From: a virus
Strand: one strand, 5' to 3'
DNA: 64,000 bases
IMG/VR virus record: IMGVR_UViG_3300027804_002057
Both the position numbers and the translations under genes were made by a program. Positions 29,366 to 38,026 of this stretch are shown piece by piece. Under the pieces are notes generated by a model. The model was given only the letters and a program-made list of their open reading frames with translations. It was not told where the DNA came from and searched no databases. How positions within the stretch are numbered: position 1 is the stretch's first letter; each line of letters opens with the position of its first letter.

Positions 29366-29620
29366 TTACCAGTACTTTTTACCATCTTTTTTAGCCTGCT
29401 TAGCTTTCTCTAATACCGATAATGATTTTGCCAACTTAGCTTCCTTTTGTTGTTTCTTCATCATCTTATCATAGCCGGCTGGGAATTTGTTTGTTACTTC
29501 TATCGGCCCATTCGGAAATTTATCTAAATCATATTTCCATGTAGATTCAGTACCATCATCATCTATATAAACATGCTGAAACTTACGTGGTTTTTCCGGT
29601 GGTGTTTTAGATACTGCCAT
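29366..29620 (-). CDS. Hypothetical basic protein ending KKYW
   Basis: 84-aa ORF with its own promoter at 29635-29666. Confidence 0.65.
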   Translation of the reverse strand: MAVSKTPPEKPRKFQHVYIDDDGTESTWKYDLDKFPNGPIEVTNKFPAGYDKMMKKQQKEAKLAKSLSVLEKAKQAKKDGKKYW

Positions 29621-29634
29621 AACATAATTTTATA

Positions 29635-29666
29635 CAAATATACGAAATTATTTTGAATCTACCAAA
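29635..29666 (-). promoter_or_regulatory. Bacteroidota-type promoter
   Basis: TTTG-N20-TATATTTG overlapping the 3' end of Mom paralog 2. Confidence 0.72.
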
Positions 29667-30421
29667 TCTATCGGGTCCATTCTATGAACCTCATCAATAA
29701 TATCTAATTCCACCTTTGGATAGGGGAATACCTCATGTTTAAGCGATTTTAAGAGTGCTTTACGCTCCTTCTTATCTTTTGTAAGGATATACACATATCG
29801 GTGCTTACGGGGTTCTCTTTTAATCCAGAATGGGCTTGTAACCATTGTCTGAATTATCTTTGGGTCATTCGTTCCGTACTTCACATAGGATGTTCGAGAA
29901 TGATGCCATTCATCATCTTCACTCCATTTGAAAGACCAACTATCTGACCATCTGATTTTATTACCTTGATATATCCAATTGGTAGCTTGATATACCGTTC
30001 CTAAGTGCCCAGCGTTTGGGTCTGAATAAGATATAAGTGCTTTGATACGAGGTACATTAGTTCTTAACCATTCGAAAGTTTGTCCAACGAACCAACTTTC
30101 AATGTTACTACCATATCCATCGAATACGAATAATCTTGTCAATTCTAATACACCATCTCTAGGAAGTAATTCGGAAATTGATGCTCCGGCATTTCTACCA
30201 ACCGGGTCACCATAACAGGCTACACCAACTAATTGCTCATTCACTCCACTAAAGAATGAATGCTCATCATCGGAAAGATAAAATAAGCCTATGGCAAAGG
30301 ATACCTTTGTCCATATCCCACTGTAATGGTTATTGACAATAATATCCTTTGCAATATTCTTATTGATTTCTCTTATTGAGAATTTGGATGTATCACAATA
30401 TTGTTTACCTTCTACTTTCAT
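29648..30421 (-). CDS. Mom-like (GNAT-fold) DNA adenine-modification protein, paralog 2
   Basis: NHYS, VLELTRL, NIESW, LISYSD...GH.G.VYQATNWIYQG, KHRYVY. Confidence 0.82.
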   Translation of the reverse strand: MKVEGKQYCDTSKFSIREINKNIAKDIIVNNHYSGIWTKVSFAIGLFYLSDDEHSFFSGVNEQLVGVACYGDPVGRNAGASISELLPRDGVLELTRLFVFDGYGSNIESWFVGQTFEWLRTNVPRIKALISYSDPNAGHLGTVYQATNWIYQGNKIRWSDSWSFKWSEDDEWHHSRTSYVKYGTNDPKIIQTMVTSPFWIKREPRKHRYVYILTKDKKERKALLKSLKHEVFPYPKVELDIIDEVHRMDPIDLVDSK

Positions 30422-30621
30422 AGACTACCAGACCAAAATTCGTTTAAATGTGCCCAAGTTTTACGTTGAACAATTTTAATCACATTGGCCGGCGAAACTT
30501 TATTGTTACGGGCAATCACCTTTACATTTCGGTGTCCCATATTCCATAATCTTCTGATGTTTAGAACTTGCTCATCTGTCAGTTTAGCGGCAGGATGAGT
30601 TTGCCCTCTTAAAATAGCCAT
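30418..30621 (-). CDS. Small HTH protein resembling the C-terminal DNA-binding domain of phage HNH endonucleases
   Basis: GQTHPAAKLTDEQVLNIR...IAR..KVS...V.KIV.RKTW. Confidence 0.65.
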   Translation of the reverse strand: MAILRGQTHPAAKLTDEQVLNIRRLWNMGHRNVKVIARNNKVSPANVIKIVQRKTWAHLNEFWSGSL

Positions 30622-30643
30622 GTAACCTTTATTATTAATTTAT

Positions 30644-30913
30644 TTATTTCAATGCTTCGTTGATAGCATTTGTATATGCTAACTTAGATGATAATCCTTG
30701 AAATCTTTCAACAACCACACCATCTTTTTCAACCACAACTACTGGAATTGAAGTTATTTTGTATTGCTGAGTTTCTTCAGGTGAATTATCAACATTATAT
30801 TCCGTATATGTTATTTTTCCTTCAAACTCTTTTACTATACTTTCCAACACAGGTTTTAGTGCTCTACAAGGACCACACCAATCTGCTCCAAATTTTTTAA
30901 CTACTACGCTCAT
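30644..30913 (-). CDS. trxA: Thioredoxin
   Basis: WCGPC, ITSIP. Confidence 0.95.
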   Translation of the reverse strand: MSVVVKKFGADWCGPCRALKPVLESIVKEFEGKITYTEYNVDNSPEETQQYKITSIPVVVVEKDGVVVERFQGLSSKLAYTNAINEALK

Positions 30914-31124
30914 CTTTTAAAGATTTAAATTGTTTTTCTAATTTTATGTTTCCAGCTTCATGCTTTGGTTCGTAAGGACAGTGTCTACATCCACTCCCAC
31001 AACAATGCCCACGCTCGATATGGTATTGCGGTGTAAACACTATCTTACTACCTTCAAAGTAATACAGCTCCTCTCTTTGTTTATTTAACTTCACAAGCTC
31101 CCCCTGCACATGCCAACTCACCAC
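30897..31124 (-). CDS. DUF5522-like cysteine-rich protein (start uncertain)
   Basis: VFT..YH..RG.CCGSGCRHCPY. Confidence 0.7.
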   Translation of the reverse strand: MVSWHVQGELVKLNKQREELYYFEGSKIVFTPQYHIERGHCCGSGCRHCPYEPKHEAGNIKLEKQFKSLKDERSS

Positions 31125-32937
31125 TTAAGTCAGTTGTATCTTCCAATTCTATAACTTTACTTAAATCAACATCGTGCAATGTCTTCATAAGTTCTTCATA
31201 CTTTTCTTTTGTACAATCTTCAAATGGTGCTTGGATATAACTTCCACCATCGTAAGGTAATACAGAAAGTCCGTTATAGAAATCTTTATTTTCCCACATC
31301 CACTCACCAACTGCTTTCCACTCATGCTCTCTAATAGAAACAGTTGCAGATACGTTGTGTGTATTGTTACCGCTTCTATGACCAGGCTTAATCCACTCAC
31401 CATGTACTCTTTTAACTCTTTCCAATAATTGAATTGGTGATTCGGTTCTAAAAATAGCATCTGCTGGTGCTTTTTGTGGAATACCAATTACTGCGGTATC
31501 ATGTGGTCTGAAATATTCATCCTCTACTAATTCAGGGTGATGTAATGCTAAGTGAGCATAAATGCTTTCATTCTTACCAACTCTCACTCTACGAATATAG
31601 TAATCGTTATGCCAAGCGTGAATACCAGATGATGTACCTAAAGTTAATGAAGTTGTTCCAGCAGGCTTTACAGTTGTACATCTTGCTGACGGGTTAATTC
31701 CGATAATTTCAGCTACTCTTTTGTTTTCTTCTTTCACAACTTTAGCTGCTGCTTTCATATCAGCTTTTAATACTGCACCACTTCCGATACCTGTCATAGA
31801 TACACCAATTAATGCATCTTTTTCAGTTGTTCTTTGCCAAATTGGTCTTAGGTAATGAAAATCAGTATAACCCGCTTGTAATGTTCCGATGAATGATGCT
31901 GCTTTAACTCTAGCTTCTAAATCAGTTTGGTCTGCAATATCACTTACATTTACTTCACATAAGTTACAGAACTGATAAGGTCTTAATGCAATCTCACAAC
32001 AAGGATTAGTTCCCCAATCTTTATCGTTTGATAAGTAGATACCAGGTTCACCAGCTCCACTTGCCTCAATTCTTTTCCAAAGGTCTAAGAAATACTCTTT
32101 AGTAATTTTATGTCTCATCAATACTGCTGAGTTATTTGCTCTACCTCTTTGTGGGTTTGTTTCCCACCATGCACCACTTTTACAACTAATCATTTTCTCA
32201 TCGGTTGCTGAGAATAATGAGATAAGTGCTGCTCTACGAATACCACCTGCTAATACTGCATCAGCAATGTGGCAAATAATATCATGTACTTCGATTGGTT
32301 CTAATTTGTCACCATCGTTCTTTGAATCTAAGATACCTTCTACTTTAATCAAACACTCTTTAAGAGGTTGAGGACCCGGTGCTTTACCGCCTGATGTAAT
32401 CAAACGAGCTCCTTTTGGTCTAATATCTCTAAAATCAAATTGTGGTTTACTTCCACCAAAGAAATATGCTTTCATTAATACTAATACTGCATCAGCCCAT
32501 CCTTCAATAGAATCACCAATAAGAAATCTTCTTGTCTTATCTGCATTTGGTTTTCTAATTTCAGGCAATTGGTCAACGTGATGCTTTTGTACAGAGTAAC
32601 CTACACCAGTTCCACCCAATAGTAAGAACATAATTTCTGAAAACACTCTCCAATCATCTGCTGGAGCGAATGCGCAGTTGTAAATTCTATTTGGTGAAAT
32701 TTCAATTGGTTTACCAGCAAACTGCATTGAACGCATAGATGGTAATACCTTTTTATCATACACGAATTTGTAGTTCTCTCTAATTTCTTTTTCTAATTTT
32801 GGAAACTTCTTAATATGCATATCCATATTACGAGTAACCAATTCTTCCCATGTTTCTCTCCTTTGCAATTCCGGTTGGTACTTAGCGTACTTCATATACA
32901 CCGTAATGTCTGATAAAATTCGTGTTGAAATGTCCAT
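31081..32937 (-). CDS. nrdJ: Class II (B12-dependent) ribonucleotide reductase (start moved to MDISTRIL)
   Basis: RETWEE, LPSMR, YNC, GTGVG, GGIRRAA, TNPCCE, CNL, TTVKPAGT, C-terminal ACAGGAC. Confidence 0.95.
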   Translation of the reverse strand: MDISTRILSDITVYMKYAKYQPELQRRETWEELVTRNMDMHIKKFPKLEKEIRENYKFVYDKKVLPSMRSMQFAGKPIEISPNRIYNCAFAPADDWRVFSEIMFLLLGGTGVGYSVQKHHVDQLPEIRKPNADKTRRFLIGDSIEGWADAVLVLMKAYFFGGSKPQFDFRDIRPKGARLITSGGKAPGPQPLKECLIKVEGILDSKNDGDKLEPIEVHDIICHIADAVLAGGIRRAALISLFSATDEKMISCKSGAWWETNPQRGRANNSAVLMRHKITKEYFLDLWKRIEASGAGEPGIYLSNDKDWGTNPCCEIALRPYQFCNLCEVNVSDIADQTDLEARVKAASFIGTLQAGYTDFHYLRPIWQRTTEKDALIGVSMTGIGSGAVLKADMKAAAKVVKEENKRVAEIIGINPSARCTTVKPAGTTSLTLGTSSGIHAWHNDYYIRRVRVGKNESIYAHLALHHPELVEDEYFRPHDTAVIGIPQKAPADAIFRTESPIQLLERVKRVHGEWIKPGHRSGNNTHNVSATVSIREHEWKAVGEWMWENKDFYNGLSVLPYDGGSYIQAPFEDCTKEKYEELMKTLHDVDLSKVIELEDTTDLSGELACAGGACEVK

Positions 32938-33100
32938 TGTTTTGTAAAAATTTAAATGTTTGTGAGTTTGATTTTTTTCAGGAAAACCTGAAAATAAAAA
33001 AATAAATATAAGGTCTCTCACCAAACGATTCAATTTTGTGGATAAAAAATCCACTTTTCTTTAATTTTTTTGGTGTCAAAATTCTAACCTATTAAAACAT

Positions 33101-33130
33101 ATGAAAAGGGGAGATATACTCCCCTATCAT
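33101..33130 (-). terminator. Intrinsic terminator after the Hc1-like gene
   Basis: GGGGAG-TATAT-CTCCCC stem followed by TTTT on the minus strand. Confidence 0.7.
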
Positions 33131-33131
33131 A

Positions 33132-33305
33132 TTAAGCTGCTTTTTGCTCTTCTGTTGAAGCTTTCTTATAAGCAGTTACTAATTTTTTCAACTCACCAAT
33201 TGCTTTTCTAGCTCTTGATTTGTTTACTTTCTTAGTTCCATTGTGCTCTGTTTCAAATGTTGTAAACAAAGCTTTCATTTGCTCAAATAATTCTTGACTT
33301 GTCAT
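33132..33305 (-). CDS. 57-aa histone H1-like (Hc1-type) nucleoid protein, absent from the ORF track
   Basis: Hand translation MTSQELFEQMKALFTTFETEHNGTKKVNKSRARKAIGELKKLVTAYKKASTEEQKAA; RARK..EL.KL...Y.KAS pattern; fills the gap and ends at a terminator. Confidence 0.75.
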   Translation of the reverse strand: MTSQELFEQMKALFTTFETEHNGTKKVNKSRARKAIGELKKLVTAYKKASTEEQKAA

Positions 33306-33324
33306 AGTTTTTATTTTTTAATTG

Positions 33325-34719
33325 TTATCCTAAACCCGTATTGGTATTTGGTTTACTACCAACCGGCATTGCTTCCATATATTTCTTATGTAATAGCTGT
33401 CTTTCCATTTCGGCTCCATTAGCACTTTCTTTAGTTGCCATCATTCCATCTGCTGATGTTGCTGTATAAACATCCAAAGTACCATGCGTTGTATCCATCT
33501 TCGCTGGGAAGGTAATACCATCTTGTCCGAAACGATTCTTCATAACATGCACCCTAGCGGTGTTGTTTAATTTATCTTTTGCCTTTCTACTCAAACTCAT
33601 AATGAAATCGGCATTCATTACTTTAGCGTAAGAATCTGCAATCTTATCCGCTTCAATAACTTCCGAATCAATTGCTGAACGATTAGTTTGTGATGCTGTC
33701 CAAACCGGTAATCCTAACTCACCACCCAATCCTCTTAAATCAATATACACACCACCTTGCTCAGCGTATGTACTATCGGTTTTATTTGAATGGGATAATA
33801 ACAAATCAGCGTAATCCACAATAACTAAATCGGGTTTATTACCGGCTGCTATCATCTTTTCTAAGTGAGCTTGAATTGTTTTTGAACTTGCGGCTTTTGG
33901 TGGGAAGTATTTAATTTTAAGTTTACCTTTTAGTTTCTTTAAAGATGTTAATACTTCTTCTTTCTTATCAGATAATTGATGTGATGCGATATGTGAGAAT
34001 ACGGTATCGTATCTTAATCCGACATACTCTTGCGATAATTCTAATGAGTAATGTACCACAGTCTTTCCAGCTTTTACAGCTGCTGCTCCCAAAGCACATA
34101 ATACCCAAGTCTTACCAACACCAGAAGGTGCTACCACAACTCCCAATTCGCCAGGTCCTAATCCACCATTCATCAATTCATTAATACATTCCCAATCAGT
34201 ACCAACAGTATCTCTTTTTGTTTCATCATATCTTCTTTCAAAGTCTATGAGATAATCCATACCTAAATCAGAATCAACACCAACCTTCATTGCCTTATCA
34301 ACCAACTCTTTGATTTTATCATAGTTGCCTGATTTTAGTAAATCAATTGATTGTACAATTACATTCTTTAAGTTTTGATTAATACAAAAAGCTGTAAACT
34401 CATCTTTAATATATTCCAAATCAGTATTGCCAATTTGAGAATATACTTCTTTAAGTTGCCCTACTATTGTTTTTTGTAGAGATTGATTTTCAAGCTTAGA
34501 TACTTGAACTTTAAATACATCCAACGAAGGTACTTTATTGTAATCCTTATGATGCGATACAATTTCATCCACTATCCACTTATTAGCTTCGGATTCAAAG
34601 AACTTTTTATGGATTACATCTGATAATGTATCCATCATTCTTTCATCCGTAAGTAAAGCAGATATTACTTTGGTCTGAAATGATTGCCCATATTTTGAGA
34701 GTGTATCTTCGTTATGCAT
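33325..34719 (-). CDS. Replicative helicase (DnaB / T4 gp41-like)
   Basis: APSGVGKT, SLEL, IVDYADLL, WTASQTNR, KNRFG. Confidence 0.95.
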   Translation of the reverse strand: MHNEDTLSKYGQSFQTKVISALLTDERMMDTLSDVIHKKFFESEANKWIVDEIVSHHKDYNKVPSLDVFKVQVSKLENQSLQKTIVGQLKEVYSQIGNTDLEYIKDEFTAFCINQNLKNVIVQSIDLLKSGNYDKIKELVDKAMKVGVDSDLGMDYLIDFERRYDETKRDTVGTDWECINELMNGGLGPGELGVVVAPSGVGKTWVLCALGAAAVKAGKTVVHYSLELSQEYVGLRYDTVFSHIASHQLSDKKEEVLTSLKKLKGKLKIKYFPPKAASSKTIQAHLEKMIAAGNKPDLVIVDYADLLLSHSNKTDSTYAEQGGVYIDLRGLGGELGLPVWTASQTNRSAIDSEVIEADKIADSYAKVMNADFIMSLSRKAKDKLNNTARVHVMKNRFGQDGITFPAKMDTTHGTLDVYTATSADGMMATKESANGAEMERQLLHKKYMEAMPVGSKPNTNTGLG

Positions 34720-34736
34720 TTATCTTTATTGGTTTA

Positions 34737-34768
34737 CAAATATACAACAATTTAGTGAAATCACCAAA
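34737..34768 (-). promoter_or_regulatory. Bacteroidota-type promoter for the helicase
   Basis: TTTG-N20-TATATTTG. Confidence 0.72.
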
Positions 34769-35812
34769 TTATTTTACTATAATATTTGTATAGGTTGATT
34801 TAAGCCAATCGTTTATATCTTTCCAATTTTGAAGAATTTTATACTTCATAGCGGCTTTGATGAATTCCATCTTATCAAACTTTTTATTTGGTTCGGCAAA
34901 ACGGTCATTGATTTTCAACTTTGTATTTGTATTGATATGTGGTTCTTGCAATTGCATGATTTGTCTATTTCTCAAAACATCATCTTTAGCTGCAAGTATA
35001 TCATCATAGATTTTAGCTTCTCCTTTCTTATCTTCACATATTTGAAAGAACTCATCAAAAGTAATTTCTCTATCTTCAGATAATTCAGGAAATCTTTTAA
35101 GAACAGTCTTTAATCCACATCCTTTAACACCAGGTACATTATCTGAATTATCTCCATCTAATGTTCTGAATAGTAAAAGATTTTGTGGATACATTCCCCA
35201 TTCTTCTTTAACCAATTCTCTATTATACAATTTCTTTTTAGTTGGTGAATAAACAAAAGTTTTTTCATCTACTAATTGTAAGAAATCTTTATCGGTAGAA
35301 ACAATATAACATTCTTCATCTTCACCAAGCACATGCTTAGCTATGTGTCCAATTACATCGTCTGCCTCTATACCATCATATATCATTGTAGTAATTGGTA
35401 AACTATCTAACAAGTCTACTAACCACACAAATTGTCTTTTCATTGAAAGTTGTTCGTCTTCTTGAGTCATCATTTCAGGATACTGACGATTAACTCTAAA
35501 ACGATTCTTACCTCTATCAGCTTTATAGCCTTCAAATAATTCTTTCCTACCTTTAGAACCACCCTTACCATCAAAGGTTAAGATAACTCTAGTTGGATTG
35601 AATTGGCGGATTTGATACCCGATTGAATTTAACGAACCAATAACTCCACCCGTATGCTCACCATCCTCATTCATAATGGGGTTGGTAGTCCAGCTACGGA
35701 TGAAGGTATTTAGTCCATCTATGATAAGAACTCTACCATTCCTTACCCTTTGGGCATTAGATTCATGTTCAGATTCTACTTCATTGAGTAATTTTTTGTA
35801 TAATTCTTTCAT
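34769..35812 (-). CDS. 5'-3' exonuclease / flap endonuclease (T4 RNase H-like)
   Basis: IIDGLN, FDGKGG, YKADR, EADDVIG, STDKDFLQL, GDNSDNVPGV.GCG.KT. Confidence 0.95.
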   Translation of the reverse strand: MKELYKKLLNEVESEHESNAQRVRNGRVLIIDGLNTFIRSWTTNPIMNEDGEHTGGVIGSLNSIGYQIRQFNPTRVILTFDGKGGSKGRKELFEGYKADRGKNRFRVNRQYPEMMTQEDEQLSMKRQFVWLVDLLDSLPITTMIYDGIEADDVIGHIAKHVLGEDEECYIVSTDKDFLQLVDEKTFVYSPTKKKLYNRELVKEEWGMYPQNLLLFRTLDGDNSDNVPGVKGCGLKTVLKRFPELSEDREITFDEFFQICEDKKGEAKIYDDILAAKDDVLRNRQIMQLQEPHINTNTKLKINDRFAEPNKKFDKMEFIKAAMKYKILQNWKDINDWLKSTYTNIIVK

Positions 35813-35829
35813 ATTGTTTGTAACATTTA

Positions 35830-36951
35830 TTAATCACCGATTACTTCTGAGTCTGTCACCAAACTATCAGTATCCAATGAATCTTTTTTGTATTGTAAAA
35901 TTGTTGCTTCACAAATCCTTTTATAGATTTGTTCTTTTACTTCTTGATTAGTTTCTAATGTAGAAGGGAAATCTTTCGCTTGAAACTTAATCACTTCGCC
36001 TGAATCAATATCAATATATTCATACCAAGCTCCTGATTGTTTTACGATGCTATTCTCTTTCATCATACCTAACCAAGCTCCATAGTTATCAATACCTCTG
36101 TCAAAGAAAATATCGAAATCAGCGGAACGTAACGGCGGTCCCATCCTATTCTTTACTACCTGACAACGAACTTTGATACCTACGATTCTTTCGTTACCAT
36201 TCTCTTTAGCCTTAATCGTTCCCATACTCTTTAATCTTAAACGAACCGATGCATGGAAAGCAATTGCTTTACCACCAGAAGTTGTCCAAGGGTCAGAGAA
36301 TGGCATTGCGTTCATCTTCTGTCTTAATTGGTTTGTGAAAACCAAAGTGATTTTCTGTCTACCAATTAAGTTAGTAATTTTACGCATTGCTTTGGAAATG
36401 ATAATTGCTTTATCGGTAGCGTAACCATCTTTACCATAATCAGCTTCCATCTCCTTTTCAGTTGATGCTGCTGCTACTGAATCCACAACGATTGTTACAT
36501 ACTTATCCTTTGAGTTAGTTCTCACTTTCTCAATAATAGTTTCAGTATATTCGAAACATTGTTCAACAGTCTCAGCTGCTACATAAAGTAATTTGGTTGT
36601 ATCTACTCCAATGGCTTCTAAGAATTCTCTACTTACGGCGTTTTCAGTATCAATCAACACAGCGATACCACCTAACTTTTGAGTTTCGGCAAGTAAGTGT
36701 GCTGAAAGTAATGATTTACCACTTTGTTCCAATCCTGTCACTTCGGTAATTCTACCAACAGGCAAACCACCATACGGGCGATTTGAGATAGCCACATCTA
36801 ACATTGATGCTCCGGTTGAAATCCATCCCTCTACATTTGTGGGAGCTTCATCCGAGTCCAAAAAGAATGCTACCTTTTGGTCTTTTGATTGTTTGTTAAG
36901 GGACTCCGCTAGCACTTCTGCTAAGTCCACTTCCTTAGTTGCTTTAGCCAT
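35830..36951 (-). CDS. recA: RecA/UvsX recombinase
   Basis: ISTG..LD, GLEQSGKS, IDTENA, VVDSVAA, FTNQLR, TSGGKA, VKNR. Confidence 0.95.
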   Translation of the reverse strand: MAKATKEVDLAEVLAESLNKQSKDQKVAFFLDSDEAPTNVEGWISTGASMLDVAISNRPYGGLPVGRITEVTGLEQSGKSLLSAHLLAETQKLGGIAVLIDTENAVSREFLEAIGVDTTKLLYVAAETVEQCFEYTETIIEKVRTNSKDKYVTIVVDSVAAASTEKEMEADYGKDGYATDKAIIISKAMRKITNLIGRQKITLVFTNQLRQKMNAMPFSDPWTTSGGKAIAFHASVRLRLKSMGTIKAKENGNERIVGIKVRCQVVKNRMGPPLRSADFDIFFDRGIDNYGAWLGMMKENSIVKQSGAWYEYIDIDSGEVIKFQAKDFPSTLETNQEVKEQIYKRICEATILQYKKDSLDTDSLVTDSEVIGD

Positions 36952-36967
36952 ATATTAACTTATTATT

Positions 36968-37786
36968 TTATGAATTGAAAAGGTCATCAAATGCTGCTGC
37001 TACATCATCTAATTTCTTAGCTGGTGCTGCCGCCGGCTTTGATGGAGTTGTATCGAAAGGTGCTTCATCATCATCGTTAGCAGTTGATGAAAGAGTTTCA
37101 GCTGATACTGATTTTTCATCTTCTGATGTTGCTGATGGGTTTAACCAACCTTCTAATACATTTTTCAATTCTGCATAAGTTAATTCTGAATAAAGTTCAG
37201 TAATTTCTTTTTGAGAATTTAAGTACTTGTCCGTTTCTTCTTTAGATGTTGCTAAAGGAGTTTCTTTTGGTTTAACACGGATTGTTGTTACAGGGTAAGA
37301 AGTACCACTGTCTTCTGCTGATACTACTTCAACGGTAATATCTCTACCTTCATTTGGGTCAGTAATATCACCATAATCAGGATCTGCCATATAACCAAGA
37401 ATCTCTTGATATACAGTTTTTCCAAAGCCCCAAAAACGAACACCTTCACCTTCTTCACCTCTTACCAATACTGGTACGAAAGTTCTAAGTTTCGGCTCCA
37501 TTTTCTTTGCAGCTTTCCAATCTTCCTTATCACCCATTCTTTTAAGTTTGTCAGCAAACTCAACAATTGGGTCAGGTCTGCCAAAACTCATCGGAGATAA
37601 GTAAGTTTTGTTGTTAATGTTGTAGTGAAAATAAAGTTCAATAAAAGGATTTTCTTTATTGAATTTGTACGGCACCAATCTGATTGTGTGTTTGCCTGGT
37701 GCTGGCTTCCAAAGTTCTACTGTGGTTCTTTGGGTGTTCTGCAGTTTGTTAAGTCTGCTCTTAATCGCGTCTAAATTAATAGCCAT
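36968..37786 (-). CDS. Single-stranded DNA-binding protein (T4 gp32-like)
   Basis: WKP..G...IRLVP, FWGFGKTVY, DITDP..GRD, acidic tail ending FDDLFNS. Confidence 0.88.
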   Translation of the reverse strand: MAINLDAIKSRLNKLQNTQRTTVELWKPAPGKHTIRLVPYKFNKENPFIELYFHYNINNKTYLSPMSFGRPDPIVEFADKLKRMGDKEDWKAAKKMEPKLRTFVPVLVRGEEGEGVRFWGFGKTVYQEILGYMADPDYGDITDPNEGRDITVEVVSAEDSGTSYPVTTIRVKPKETPLATSKEETDKYLNSQKEITELYSELTYAELKNVLEGWLNPSATSEDEKSVSAETLSSTANDDDEAPFDTTPSKPAAAPAKKLDDVAAAFDDLFNS

Positions 37787-37892
37787 TTTCTTTTAAATTT
37801 TAAGAGTTTAAGGTTTAAAACGTTTATGTTTTAAGGTTGGATTATAGTGTCTTTCCTACACTTCCGTTACATTAATAAATATAAAGGAGATA

Positions 37893-37994
37893 CAAATATA
37901 CAACAAATTCCTGATATTTCCAAATCTTTTTTTGAGTATATTTTTGTCCTCATAATTTGTAACAAATATACGAAAAATATGTTACAAAACCAAA
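37893..37994 (-). promoter_or_regulatory. Two tandem Bacteroidota-type promoters upstream of the SSB gene
   Basis: TTTG-N20-TATATTTG at 37893-37924 and 37963-37994. Confidence 0.78.
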
Positions 37995-37995
37995 T

Positions 37996-38023
37996 AAAAA
38001 AGGGAGTTTTTATACTCCCTTTT
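37996..38023 (-). terminator. Intrinsic (possibly bidirectional) terminator after the endolysin
   Basis: AAAAGGGAGT-N6-ACTCCCTTTT. Confidence 0.75.
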
Positions 38024-38026
38024 GTT

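Noticed and set aside
32938-33054. N-terminal extension of NrdJ, or a cobalamin riboswitch
   Set aside because: The extension is low-complexity leader sequence containing hairpins; no B12-box-like sequence seen.
22996-36951. Inteins or introns in PolB, NrdJ, helicase or RecA
   Set aside because: Lengths are normal and motifs are contiguous.
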